This document shows positions 17,828-28,600 of a DNA stretch of 51,007 nt, in pieces. The notes beneath the pieces were generated by a model. It saw nothing but the letters and a program-made list of their open reading frames with translations, had not been told where the DNA came from and ran no database searches. The translations under genes and the position numbers were made by a program. The DNA lies in the IMG/VR virus record IMGVR_UViG_3300010376_000045, positions 1 through 51,007 of that record. One strand, written 5' to 3'. Source of the DNA: a virus. Its lineage: Duplodnaviria; Caudoviricetes. Every line of letters begins with the position of its first letter. Positions within the stretch are counted from its first letter, which is position 1.

Positions 17828-20800
17828 ATGAAGCGATTTATCTGGCTCACGGTGCTTCTGATGGCGGGAACGATGACCTGGAGCCAGAACCGTTCCCTGA
17901 CCGGCTGGTGCTACATGGGGGCGACCAAGGCAAGCACCTCCGGGATATCTTCGACCAACCTGCTTCAGGGCGTGATCCCGAGTTGCGAGGTGACCGTGTT
18001 TCTGACCGGCACGACCACGCTGGCGACGCTCAGCACAGATGCGGGCGGTCTCGCGCCCTTGGGCAATCCCTTTACCGCGACGACTGCCGGGTTCTGGATA
18101 TTCTTTGCGGTGGGCAATACGGCTTACGATGTCGTCCTCTCTGGCGGGAACCCGCCCAATGTCTATCCGCAACCGGTGACTCTGACCGCTGTCCAGGTGG
18201 GTGGGCCGGGAGGAGGCGGGGCGACCAACCCTGGAGGCAATCCGCAGGAGCTTCAATTCAACGGCAACGGATTCTTTCAGGGCACGACGGGAATGACATG
18301 GAACGGCAATATTCTGAACAATGCCGGCGGCGTCATCAGCGCAGCGCAGATTCAGGCCGCGCAACTGATTTCTTCAGCAATGGGCAAGTCCACCGCACCG
18401 GCATGTCCCAATGGGCCGAATAATGCTTTGACCACGGCAGGTTGCATTATTTCGGCGGGCGCGATCCCAGGTCTAGGTTCGGACGGTAATAACGGAATCA
18501 CGGTACAGGGATCGGTTATCCCCGGAAACGTGCCGACTCTTGATATCCGCAACCCGGCATTTGCGGGAGGCGCGGTCTGTGATGGCGTCACCGATATCGG
18601 TCCCGCAGTGCAGGCGGCAGTGAATGCCCTGCCGCAATATGGAGCAGAGATTCTTATTGTCAGCCCCAACAGGACCACTCCGTGCTATTGGGCTAACCCG
18701 TCTGCCATTACATATCCCTCCGGCAATAATTACTCTCAGAATCTGGTCTTTACCTTGCAGGGGTACATGAATATAGGAACCACGTGGCAGCTGCCGTGGG
18801 GATCTACTTTTCGGTGCAACGGTGGATCAGGACAGGTGCAGTTTCAAGTAGGACCGTCCTGCACGATCAATGGTCCCGTGACCAGCGGAACCTTAAATAC
18901 AGCGATAACGACCAGCATGGTGGCACCTTATAGCGGCGTGACGTCGGTGGCGACATCCAGTGGAGGGCAGGCGACCTATAGCGGATCGGGGTTCACGGCA
19001 GGACTTTGTCCCATGCCCGCCGGCGGATCGATCATGATGACCGGGTTTACGAATGCGGCGAATAACGGCACATTCTCCTGCGTCTCCAATACGACCACCA
19101 CGCTGGTGCTGGCGAACCCTAATGCGGTTGCGGAATCTCATGCCGGCAAAGCATTCAGAGTCTATACGGTCACCCCGTCTTCGATGGCAAATATCTATAC
19201 CGGAACGTGGCTTTCGATTGCCGATACCACATCCTGCCCGGTCGTCAGCATGACAAGAACATCGAACGTGGTGACCGCGGTATTGAATGGAGCCTGTCAT
19301 ATTCCCGCGGGATCGATGCTAACCGTATCGGGAATGACGACAACAGCATTCAATGGTACGTTTCTGATCATCAACAGCGACTACGGAGGCAGCGTATCTG
19401 CCAATGTCACTTTGCAATTTGCTCAGAGCGGAACCAATACCAGTGATACTACAACCGGAACTGCCTCTGGTTTTAACGAGGACACAAAAGAGGATGTGCA
19501 GGTAGTCTCGACTACCACCACTACCTTCAATGCTCCCTTTTATCGCAATCACCTCGCTACTGCCGTGTTCGGGATCGATACGATTTCCATTGGACTGGCA
19601 AGCAAGATTTCGGATCTCAGCGTTACGTCCACCGGGAATTCCTTCATTGCGGGAGTGGACACCCTCAATAATCACGGAGGCGGCGGCAGCACCACGCTGG
19701 AACACGTATCAGCGAGCGTTACCTGCGGACAACCTCTTTCCGCTTTCCCAATCACGTTTAATAAATCTTTCTGGTTCTATTTCTACAACGCCTCGTTCAC
19801 CGTCTGCCAAAGGCCTTGGTCTGTCCATATGATGAACTCCTATGGAGATGTCAGTAATCTCGTAGGCTGGGTATGGTTTAACGATTCCATCTTTATGTCG
19901 GGCATGAAAATGGAGGATGGAGCGTCCCAGGTAGAGCTTAATCGAACCACTATCGAGCAGGCGGCCAGGGGCTCTGTCCAGATCGATCCCACGTTCAACA
20001 ACATGTCTGCCAGTTTACCGGCTGTTTACTTCAACAACAGCGGAATGCAGGACAACTTCGCGGGGTATAAGAACTGTCTCGTTCATCAACTCTATCCCGG
20101 CGGGGGCGCCACTATAGAAATCAACAAAGCGTCAAATCAATGCTTAGTCAATGATTACTTCGACGGCTCCCTTCGCGTAACTGCTCAACAAGCCGCTGGC
20201 CACTATCAATGGAGCCAGAATAAGCTGCAGGGTATTATAGGCAGCTATAACAACGGCCAGTATGTAGATGAAGAACTGCGCGGATCGGAGGCGGGAATGT
20301 CTCCGGTGGCAATTCCCTATGCCTCCAGTAACGTAAATACCAATCCGGCGACATGGAGCGGCGCCAATTGCACGGTAGCCGCCGGGGCGCTGGACCCGAT
20401 GGGAACATTCACTGCCGGAATGATTTCCGCCACGGGTTCCTGCGGCATCAACATATTGACGCAGAGCATATCTCCGCTGATAGGAGACTCCATTCTATAC
20501 GGCGGATGGACCTATTCGCCCACCGCCGGAACCACATCGCAGAACAGTGCATGGGCGGCGTCATATTTGCTGAGCAACAGCAGTAACGCTAACTGGACAT
20601 TTGCCGGAAGCATTCCAACGCAGGGAAGATCCACGAATTTCGACAGCGCCCTGTATGGCGATTGGATGCACCCCCTGGTCGCTATAGCCACCTTCGCTAC
20701 AGCAAATGGCGGGGCCGGAAATCTGACACTTTCCATAGGGACGGATACTACGCATCCGACGATCTACTGGCAGCCGTTTGTGATTTATATCGGCCACACC

Positions 20801-21220
20801 GGTTTTACAGGAACGACCGATGGGACCACGGGCACGATTACGGGGATAGCATCCACGGCGGGACTATATCCGGGCCAGTTACTCTCCGGAACTGGAATAC
20901 AGGCAAATACGGCGATCACATCCGTAAGCGCAAACTCGATCACCGTGTTTCCCATAACCAATGCGGCAGGCACTAATGCGCTGGTGGCACAAGTGCCTTT
21001 GGCGGAAGTAAAGAGGTGGAGACAGCAGCTTCTTCACGGCTATGTGCCTTCCAGCGCCAAGACAGGGATCGCATATTCCGTCAACCCTATCAACACGCCG
21101 GGACTCTATGGCCCCGCGGTTGCTCCCACCGGGGCTTGTACCACGAACGGGCAGTGGGTGTTCAGCCAGGACGGACACGCGACTTACTGCAACGCGGGAA
21201 CATGGGCGACGAAGATTTAG
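17828..21220 (+). CDS. Tailspike/tail-fibre-like protein with beta-helix and N-terminal signal-peptide-like sequence
   Basis: GAVCDGVTDIGPAVQAAVNA is a pectate-lyase-3-like start; Thr/Ser/Gly-rich; N-terminus MKRFIWLTVLLMAGTMTWSQ. Confidence 0.7.
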   Translation: MKRFIWLTVLLMAGTMTWSQNRSLTGWCYMGATKASTSGISSTNLLQGVIPSCEVTVFLTGTTTLATLSTDAGGLAPLGNPFTATTAGFWIFFAVGNTAYDVVLSGGNPPNVYPQPVTLTAVQVGGPGGGGATNPGGNPQELQFNGNGFFQGTTGMTWNGNILNNAGGVISAAQIQAAQLISSAMGKSTAPACPNGPNNALTTAGCIISAGAIPGLGSDGNNGITVQGSVIPGNVPTLDIRNPAFAGGAVCDGVTDIGPAVQAAVNALPQYGAEILIVSPNRTTPCYWANPSAITYPSGNNYSQNLVFTLQGYMNIGTTWQLPWGSTFRCNGGSGQVQFQVGPSCTINGPVTSGTLNTAITTSMVAPYSGVTSVATSSGGQATYSGSGFTAGLCPMPAGGSIMMTGFTNAANNGTFSCVSNTTTTLVLANPNAVAESHAGKAFRVYTVTPSSMANIYTGTWLSIADTTSCPVVSMTRTSNVVTAVLNGACHIPAGSMLTVSGMTTTAFNGTFLIINSDYGGSVSANVTLQFAQSGTNTSDTTTGTASGFNEDTKEDVQVVSTTTTTFNAPFYRNHLATAVFGIDTISIGLASKISDLSVTSTGNSFIAGVDTLNNHGGGGSTTLEHVSASVTCGQPLSAFPITFNKSFWFYFYNASFTVCQRPWSVHMMNSYGDVSNLVGWVWFNDSIFMSGMKMEDGASQVELNRTTIEQAARGSVQIDPTFNNMSASLPAVYFNNSGMQDNFAGYKNCLVHQLYPGGGATIEINKASNQCLVNDYFDGSLRVTAQQAAGHYQWSQNKLQGIIGSYNNGQYVDEELRGSEAGMSPVAIPYASSNVNTNPATWSGANCTVAAGALDPMGTFTAGMISATGSCGINILTQSISPLIGDSILYGGWTYSPTAGTTSQNSAWAASYLLSNSSNANWTFAGSIPTQGRSTNFDSALYGDWMHPLVAIATFATANGGAGNLTLSIGTDTTHPTIYWQPFVIYIGHTGFTGTTDGTTGTITGIASTAGLYPGQLLSGTGIQANTAITSVSANSITVFPITNAAGTNALVAQVPLAEVKRWRQQLLHGYVPSSAKTGIAYSVNPINTPGLYGPAVAPTGACTTNGQWVFSQDGHATYCNAGTWATKI

Positions 21221-21228
21221 GGAGATAA

Positions 21229-21981
21229 ATGCCGATTTTATTACTGGACCCATGCCTCTTCAAAGACGCGACGAGTTGGAAATCCAACTCCAGCGATACG
21301 ATCAATAAGCCTCAGTCGCTGCTGTTCGTGGCGACACAGACGGCGACCGGTTCGCTGCTGGTCCAGAATGCGCTGGATAAAAAATACGGAGGCGCGCTGG
21401 TTTCAAAGACCGGGAAGTATCCCGTCAATCCCTACGACCCCACGCAGTTGCTTCCCTATTCAGCATGGCATTTCCGCTTCCGGTTTGTTCCCGAGACCTA
21501 CGACAACCTGGCGCGATTCGAGAATGACCTCAAGGGCTGCATCAAGACGCGGCCCAACGCCCAGACCCCGATTCCCAACGTGGCGAACTGGAGCACGCAG
21601 TGGAACAGGGAAACCAATTCGTTCCAGATCGACCACGACCCCCCCGCATGGGTGGACAGCGGTTATTATCCAAGCGCCAAAGTCACCACTCCCGATGAAT
21701 GGCACTCGATCGACTTCCGGTTTTTTGTCGATGTGAACGCGCTGACATTCTCGATCGAGAGCATCCGCTGGGACGACGACTTCTACGTGATGCCGGAAGA
21801 ACACAGGCACATTCCCCTGCAGCAGACCAACTGGGAGCAGTGCGCCAAGTATCAACTCCAGAACGAGGGACTCGCGCCCGGTACGGTGTTGATCGAATAC
21901 GACGATGGAATTGCGGCGTGGAGCGACCAGCCCATCGGAGATGAGATTCCCAGCCGGGAGTCCTATGAGGCGACGACATGA
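21229..21981 (+). CDS. Hypothetical protein, possibly lectin/glycanase-like fold
   Basis: 250 aa, Trp-rich and beta-like (PDEWHSIDFRF). Confidence 0.55.
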   Translation: MPILLLDPCLFKDATSWKSNSSDTINKPQSLLFVATQTATGSLLVQNALDKKYGGALVSKTGKYPVNPYDPTQLLPYSAWHFRFRFVPETYDNLARFENDLKGCIKTRPNAQTPIPNVANWSTQWNRETNSFQIDHDPPAWVDSGYYPSAKVTTPDEWHSIDFRFFVDVNALTFSIESIRWDDDFYVMPEEHRHIPLQQTNWEQCAKYQLQNEGLAPGTVLIEYDDGIAAWSDQPIGDEIPSRESYEATT

Positions 21982-22193
21982 ATCCGAACCTTGTGAGGTG
22001 GTTGAAGACGACCGGGCTGACCCTAGTGGGCGGTGGGATCGCGGCAACCATCACGCAGGCGCTTGATCCCAGCATCTACCACTTTCCCGAGGATCTGGGC
22101 AGCGGTAAATTGTGGGTGCATTTTTTGGGTGGCATGGTTGTTGCGTTTGTGGCTTTATTGATGAAGTCGCCGTTGGATCCCTCTGCCAAGTGA
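21978..22193 (+). CDS. Putative holin
   Basis: 71 aa, two hydrophobic segments, C-terminal LMKSPL. Confidence 0.55.
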   Translation: MNPNLVRWLKTTGLTLVGGGIAATITQALDPSIYHFPEDLGSGKLWVHFLGGMVVAFVALLMKSPLDPSAK

Positions 22194-22438
22194 GGATGAG
22201 ATGCCGACGACAGGGTGAGGTTTATATGCCAGGAAGGCTAACCAACGTCCGTTGTGCTGTCCGCCGACAGGAAATGGTCGATGGTGTACAAGATCAGAAC
22301 AAAACAAGAACCAAAGGCATGAATTGTTCCACGAGAAGAGAAGTAAGCGGATGATGATGTGGCAGATGAGTCAAACACCCGAAATGCGTCATGCGCGAGC
22401 GGTAGCAGCGGCACGTGCAGGGTGGGAGGGTGGTAAAT

Positions 22439-22591
22439 ATGCCAACCGAAAGGTTCGCGTCTGCGGAAAAGTATAGGCGTTATCGTGCCTATACGCACCT
22501 GCATGGCATAAAGACCCATGCAGCAAAGGTTTGTATTCGAGGCCAATGCCATCAGGTCAAGCACGGGAAGAAGGTGAGGAGGAAACGGTAA
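22439..22591 (+). CDS. Small basic protein (50 aa, absent from the ORF track)
   Basis: SD GGAGG; MPTERFASAEKYRRYRAYTHLHGIKTH...KKVRRKR; stop overlaps the next ATG. Confidence 0.5.
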   Translation: MPTERFASAEKYRRYRAYTHLHGIKTHAAKVCIRGQCHQVKHGKKVRRKR

Positions 22592-22878
22592 TGGCAGACG
22601 ATGATGGGTATCAAATTGACGGCAGTAAAGACGCGAGGGAGTACTACTGGACCGGCGCTCCAAAAGAGCGACGCGCCTATTCCCGGGCTTATGCAAACGC
22701 GAAGCTCGGAGATAGATATTACGACGACAAGAACTACTTGAAAAACGTTGCCGCAGGCGGACGCAATTACGACGCGGCCCGGGCGGGCGATGATGCCGAT
22801 TACCAGATGGCTAGTCAGGGATGGAAGGACGATGCCAAAAAGAAGACCAGCAAACGGAAACCAGCGAGGAAACGATGA
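22591..22878 (+). CDS. Hypothetical protein with basic tail
   Basis: SD GAGGAGG and ATG 22591. Confidence 0.6.
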   Translation: MADDDGYQIDGSKDAREYYWTGAPKERRAYSRAYANAKLGDRYYDDKNYLKNVAAGGRNYDAARAGDDADYQMASQGWKDDAKKKTSKRKPARKR

Positions 22879-23063
22879 GCAGCCTGAGTGACAAGAAGAA
22901 CAGTTGCGTGTATCCCGGCACGGCAACCCACACTTCGCCGGGACTGCCGGTGCGGGCTTATCGCGCCCCGCAGGCCGCCTATCGCGATTGGGACACGAGA
23001 GTGAAGCCCAAGGCAGGATGTGAGCGCAAGGTGACCACCCATAAAACGGCGAGCAAGAAATAG
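22875..23063 (+). CDS. Small basic hypothetical protein
   Basis: SD GAGGA; ATGA overlap. Confidence 0.5.
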   Translation: MSSLSDKKNSCVYPGTATHTSPGLPVRAYRAPQAAYRDWDTRVKPKAGCERKVTTHKTASKK

Positions 23064-23066
23064 ATG

Positions 23067-23738
23067 TCAAGCGTATCTGGCAAATTCGCCGAAATACCTA
23101 TCTGCCGCAGCGCAGTAGGCCTTGTGCGCTTGCTCTGGGGTCGAATACTGTCCCAAATGTATTTGTTTTCCGTTAAAACCAATGCGAGCTACGAAGCGAT
23201 TTTTAACGGTGCGTACACCCTTAAATCCCGATTGGTTATGTTTTGGTTTTTGCGTGTTGCAAGCATTGTTAAAAGAGCTGGCAATTTTCAGGTTACTGCG
23301 CCGGTTATCCAGCGTACAACAATTGCGATGATCGCCAAGGCGTTTATCGTTAGCGGCGAGACCGAGAATTTCCCGATGCAGCAAAATATGTTTGCCATGA
23401 GTCAGTTTTCTGCCGGCATAATAGCCCGTCTTGCTGCTGTTTGGGAGAGCGTACCACTGACGTTTGGTGATCCAGTCGTAGTCGGCCTCGTCAACGATTG
23501 TGTATTGTCCACTGCCCAGCGGAATCAGTCGACAGTAGACCCCATCAAGTTTGAATCGAGCAGCGTCATCAAGCAGGGTATGAATGCCGCGAGTGCATTG
23601 ATGATGTCCAGTGATGAATCGGTTCGGTTCTCCTTTGTAAATATGTCTTTCTGTAATGGTTCGCGATGTGATGTCGGTTTTTTGTCCGCATCCGCACTGG
23701 CAAAAGCCAAAAGGAATATCCAGCGATTGTGGTGTCAC
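23067..23738 (-). CDS. HNH-AP2 homing endonuclease with N-terminal CxCGCG module, antisense to the late operon
   Basis: FCQCGCG, GDHRNCCTLDNRRSNL, QSGFKGV...YFGEFA; likely GTG start at 23738, ORF open to 23783. Confidence 0.88.
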   Translation of the reverse strand: MTPQSLDIPFGFCQCGCGQKTDITSRTITERHIYKGEPNRFITGHHQCTRGIHTLLDDAARFKLDGVYCRLIPLGSGQYTIVDEADYDWITKRQWYALPNSSKTGYYAGRKLTHGKHILLHREILGLAANDKRLGDHRNCCTLDNRRSNLKIASSFNNACNTQKPKHNQSGFKGVRTVKNRFVARIGFNGKQIHLGQYSTPEQAHKAYCAAADRYFGEFARYA

Positions 23739-23788
23739 GGTCGCTCCCTTGGATCGGGCATATTGATGACCGGATGGTAGCAAAAATA

Positions 23789-25126
23789 ATGGCTAATTAT
23801 TCATACATAACGAGAGGTGAGGCGAAGGCTGAATTGTCTATTCGATTGGAAGACAGTGGCATGGTGTTCTGGATCTCCGACGAGTTGGATCGCTACCTGA
23901 ACGAGGCGCTGCGCGTCTGGAATTGCCTGACCCAGTGGTGGACGGTGAAGTACGTGACGACCTTGAACCCGCCGCTGCTTGCGAACTGGCAGTCGACAAA
24001 CGTGATCGGATCGCCGCGGCAGCGGAACCGGACCGATACGGACATTTATAGCTTCATCGAGTATCAATTGCTCGAGCCCGCCAGCGGGGGAACCTGGACG
24101 GGCACGCCGCAGTTTGCGATCGCTGATCTCCAGCAGGCGGTGCAGCGTCGCCAGGATGAGGTCCTCCAGACTACGGCGTGCAGCATGCTCGACATCAGCT
24201 CTCTGGGCATCACGCCCAACAGCAACACGGTCACGCTGCCGGATAACGTGCTCGATGTGCGCCGGGTGCGCTACGTTCCGGCTACGGGCTTCGGTTCGCC
24301 GCAGACCCTGGAGCGTTCCGACACTCTGGCCTTCCAGCGCTTCTCGCCCAGCTATCAGCAGACGACCGCATCGCCCTTGCGCTGGGACATCCTTGCTGGT
24401 CCGCCGCTGACCTTGACCTTCGATGCCCTTGCCCCGGTTCCCAATAATCTCCAGATCCTCACCATGCAGGCCGGAACGGTGCTGGCTCCTCCCGCCGATA
24501 CCCCTTTACAGGTGCCCGATGACTGGACTTGGGTGATCAAGTATGGGGCGCTCTACGACGTTCTCTCTGAGGACAACGAGTGCAAGGATCAGGAGCGAGC
24601 TAACTATTGCCGGCAGCGTTATCTCGAAGGCCTTCAGCTCATGATTCAAATGCCATGGTGCTTACAGGCCTGGGTGAATGAGTTTCCAGTAGACGTGGTC
24701 TCCTTGGCTGCGGCAGACAGGTTCAATTACGAGTGGCAGTCGCGGGCGACGGCATACCCCGGTCTGGTCGTAGGGGGAATCGACCTTTGGGCGCTTTCGC
24801 CCGCTCCTGTCAGTCTGACCTCGGTAACCATGCTCCTGGTGGGCAATGCCATCCTCCAGATGGTCACCGACGCTGATCAGGTGCAGGTGCCGCGGGACGT
24901 GATGGATGCCATCCTTGACGAGGCGCAGCATATCGCTGCTTTCAAGCACGGCGGCCTTGAGTTCTCGGAGACCTCGGCTTTGCACAAAAGCTTTGTGGAT
25001 TGCGCCATGAGATGGAACTCGCGGCTCAGAGAGAGCGGGATCTTCCCGACCGATCTGCGGCCACTCAATCAACGGCAGTTTGAACAACAGCCGCGTTACG
25101 CGGCAGGAGGAGCAAGCAATGCCTAA
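23789..25126 (+). CDS. Tail structural protein (adaptor/tubular-like)
   Basis: FWISDELDRYLNEALR and TLPDNVLDVRRV motifs typical of phage adaptor proteins. Confidence 0.6.
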   Translation: MANYSYITRGEAKAELSIRLEDSGMVFWISDELDRYLNEALRVWNCLTQWWTVKYVTTLNPPLLANWQSTNVIGSPRQRNRTDTDIYSFIEYQLLEPASGGTWTGTPQFAIADLQQAVQRRQDEVLQTTACSMLDISSLGITPNSNTVTLPDNVLDVRRVRYVPATGFGSPQTLERSDTLAFQRFSPSYQQTTASPLRWDILAGPPLTLTFDALAPVPNNLQILTMQAGTVLAPPADTPLQVPDDWTWVIKYGALYDVLSEDNECKDQERANYCRQRYLEGLQLMIQMPWCLQAWVNEFPVDVVSLAAADRFNYEWQSRATAYPGLVVGGIDLWALSPAPVSLTSVTMLLVGNAILQMVTDADQVQVPRDVMDAILDEAQHIAAFKHGGLEFSETSALHKSFVDCAMRWNSRLRESGIFPTDLRPLNQRQFEQQPRYAAGGASNA

Positions 25127-25280
25127 GACGCCGGTACATCGCGGCTACAGAGCGCACACCGTGAGCGGAGTGTATACCCCGCGCAAGAAGGGCAACAAGG
25201 CGGTGACTTTGTTCACCAAGATCGATCATCCCCGTGACGGCAAGGTGAAGGCCACGCGGGGCAGAAGGAAGGGGACGTAG
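25119..25280 (+). CDS. Small basic protein
   Basis: SD GGAGGAG; MPKTPVHRGY...RGRRKGT. Confidence 0.5.
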   Translation: MPKTPVHRGYRAHTVSGVYTPRKKGNKAVTLFTKIDHPRDGKVKATRGRRKGT

Positions 25281-25640
25281 ATGAGCTACTTCACGGGGCT
25301 GATCCCGCTGGGCAAGTTTTCGATCGTGGCCGGGACCACGCAACTGCTGACTGCCAACCTGGGGCCGCAGAAGCAGGTTCCCGGATCCGCGCAATCGACA
25401 AAGACGGTACGCCAGATCATCGTGTCCGCGGACGGGGCTAATACCGGGCAGATCTTTCTCCTGCCCGCCGGCCAGAAGTTCAGCTCGAATCCGGGGAATG
25501 TGCTTGCGGCGTTCTCGAAGGGGACGACGATCGCTATTCCTTCGGGAATCATGCTGGGCGGTGCGCTGGCGCTCGACAATTTGTGCTTTGATGCGGACAC
25601 GGGGACGAACACCGTCTATGCCATGGCGGTCGTGGGGTGA
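25281..25640 (+). CDS. Small structural protein
   Basis: RQIIVSADGANTGQIFL motif; operon context. Confidence 0.6.
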   Translation: MSYFTGLIPLGKFSIVAGTTQLLTANLGPQKQVPGSAQSTKTVRQIIVSADGANTGQIFLLPAGQKFSSNPGNVLAAFSKGTTIAIPSGIMLGGALALDNLCFDADTGTNTVYAMAVVG

Positions 25641-25643
25641 GTT

Positions 25644-28600
25644 GTGCCTGATGGGATGCGGCTGGATATTGCGGGCGGGATGGCGACCCGGCTGGCGCGG
25701 GATGCGGTGCCTCCGGGGAAATATCCCTATCTCCAAAACGTGCGCAAGTATCTTGACCAGCGCATCATCAGCCGAGCCGCACAGGGCCCGTCGCTGGTGG
25801 TCGATGGGGCCACTCTTGTCTACAACGCCCAGATCAACTCCATACGGCGATTGAACGATACCACTCCCGGCGGGCCCCCGGATGGCTACTCGATGGTGGT
25901 GGGCTTCGATACTGGAGTGTGCGTCAACAGTCTGGGAGTCCAATTCGGGTTGAGCGGCAACCCGGTGTCGATGATGCCCTTTCGGCCTAATGCTTCGCCG
26001 CAGCCGTGGATGTATTGCGGCGACGCCAACCAGATGTTCAAGGTAAATGCCGCCGGCGTGGCGTACAAGGTGGGCATCGCCGAGCCTCAGCAGGCTCCCA
26101 TCGTGACCACCGGCCCGGTGACCACCACGGGCAGCTTTACCATGAGCGCCAATGCGGTGCCTTGGACGAATGCGGGCGGCATGAACGCCGCCGTGAACTA
26201 CGGTGAGACTGCTTACCCGGGAGGCGCGGACGGGGGGCCGGCCATCATCGGCGGATTGACTCCGGGATCGACGCTGGCCCTCACCGCCACGGGAACGGCG
26301 ACCGTGAACGGATCCTCATATGGGCCGGGAGACGGCGGACCATCGGGAGCAAGTTACCCGGGGCACTTTATCTCGGGGGGCTCGAAAATCCTTTTAGGCG
26401 CGTTTACGGACGCGAACGGCAATGTAGTGCCGTCGACAGCGGGCGGCAATACCTACGCCTGCTACAACGTCGGCGCGAGCGCTTCCCTGACGGTTCCGCC
26501 GAATGCCGCGCAGTTCCAGGTTGGGGTGGATTCCTCGGCCAATACATTCTCTAACAATTCAGGAACATTTTCGGTGTCCTGGACCCTGACCACCGCGGCG
26601 GTGGCGACCAAGCCGGGACTGGTGGGCGCGGTGACGGCGTACATCTGGGGCGACTCGCCGCACTCGGGTCCGGTAGCAAGCTACATTTGGAAGAACGGGA
26701 GCGACGGCGGAAGCGGCACGACCAGGGTGGTGGGCGATGCGGTATCGACGGCGACGGGAACCTCGTTGATTTTCGATTCGACGCCCGAGGATGGCACCGT
26801 GCCGGTGATGTGGACGACGCTCGATTCTTCGGGCAATGTGACCGGATCGTTTCCGCTCTTTACGCCGGCCATGGAACCGGAGGGCTACCAGGACTTCAAC
26901 TGCTGCATTGTCGGCAATCTCTTCATTCCCGCGGCGGGCAGCTACACGCTGAACTTCACCAGCAAGGACCAGATCATGGTGGGCGTGGGCGGAGGCGCGT
27001 CGGTGACCACGCCGCCCGCCGGCTTCAGCGGGCAGACGATGACGGTTGTGAATGGGCTGCCGCTGGTTTACGTGAGCACCGTTAACGGCACCGGACCGCA
27101 GGTGTCGGGCTCGGTGTCGGTGAGCTTCCCCTCGCAGGGCGTTTACCCCGTGGAGATCGATTGGGACTACTGGGAGCACACGGGGCGTCAGCTCCTGATG
27201 CAGATCAACTTTCAGACCATTCCGCCCTTGCAGATGGGCCAGTTTCACATCAATGCGCAATATCGGTATGTGTATCGCTCATCGAAGACGGGTGCGATGT
27301 CCAATCATTCACCCGCGACTATTCCCTATCTGATTCCTTTCGAGGCCAATCAGGTGACGTCGTATTTCTCGACTGATCCGCAGGTGGATCTGGTGGACTA
27401 CTACCGCGTCGACGAAGGCCTGGACAACTACACCTACGTGGGCACGGGACCCAATGACGACGCCGGCCCCAACGGCACCAACACGCCGATCACCGATACC
27501 CTGACGGACCTGGCCATTGCTTCGAACCCGATTTTGCAGTATGACAATTTCGAGCCTTTTCCTTCGATCGATATGCCGAAGAAAGGCGTGGTGAATGTGG
27601 GCTCGGGCGGCGTGATCGCCTGGGTGAGCGGCGACCAGTTCAATACCCGCTGGCTACCGGGAACGGTGATTACGATCGGTAGTCCCACATCGATTGCGTA
27701 CACGCTGGTGACGCGCCCCGCAAGCGCCACCACCATGACGATTCCCGGCGTAGCCGCGGGCACGAATCTGGCTTATCAGATACCCGAGCCCAAGCTGGCC
27801 GCGCAGCCCATGCCCGCTATCTGGGGGCCCACCGACAATGTGAACTTCGTCTTTGGCTGCGGGGATCCCCTGCGGCCAGGGACGTTGTACTGGAGCAAGG
27901 GCAACAATTTCGATTCCGCGCCGGACACCAATCAACAGGAAGTGACGTCGCCTTCGGAGCCGTTGATGAACGGGACCATCATCAGCGGCATCGGCATCGT
28001 GTTTTCGACCGAGAGGGCGTGGCTGATCTATCCCACTTTTACCTCGGCTCTGGCTTCGGTGGAAGGCGTGACCGGCAGTGCCTGGAACCTGACTCTCTCT
28101 TCGATCACGCATGGCCTCTATATGCGCTATGCGATCGCGACCGATAACGGCGGCAGGGTCTACTGGCGGGGCAAGGATGGGATCTATGTTTCGCAGATGG
28201 GCGGGCCGGAGGCCTCGGTCACCGAGGACATCTTCAACCTTTTCCCGCACGAAGGCCTCACGCTTGCGCCGGTGACGGTGGCCGGGTATACCGTCTATCC
28301 GCCCGACGACACCAAGCCCGGGAAGCAGACCCTGGCTTATGCGAAGGGATATCTCTACTACGACTACCAGGACACGAACGGCAATCCGCGCACCCTGGTG
28401 TACGACGTCGAGGGCAAGGGATGGAGCGTCGATGTGTACGGCTCGCCGGCCACGGTGCACTACTGGGAAGAGGGCGTAGTCAACGATGTGCTGACCGGAA
28501 GCTGGAACGGAACCCAGGCCGCGGTGCAGCCGCTGGGATCGGCGGTCGCGGAATCGGTTTCGTGCGTGGTGATGACCCCCTCGATTAATGGTGGCGACCC

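Noticed and set aside
17828-21220. Diversity-generating retroelement or invertible tail cassette
   Set aside because: No reverse transcriptase, invertase or TR/VR repeat pair was seen
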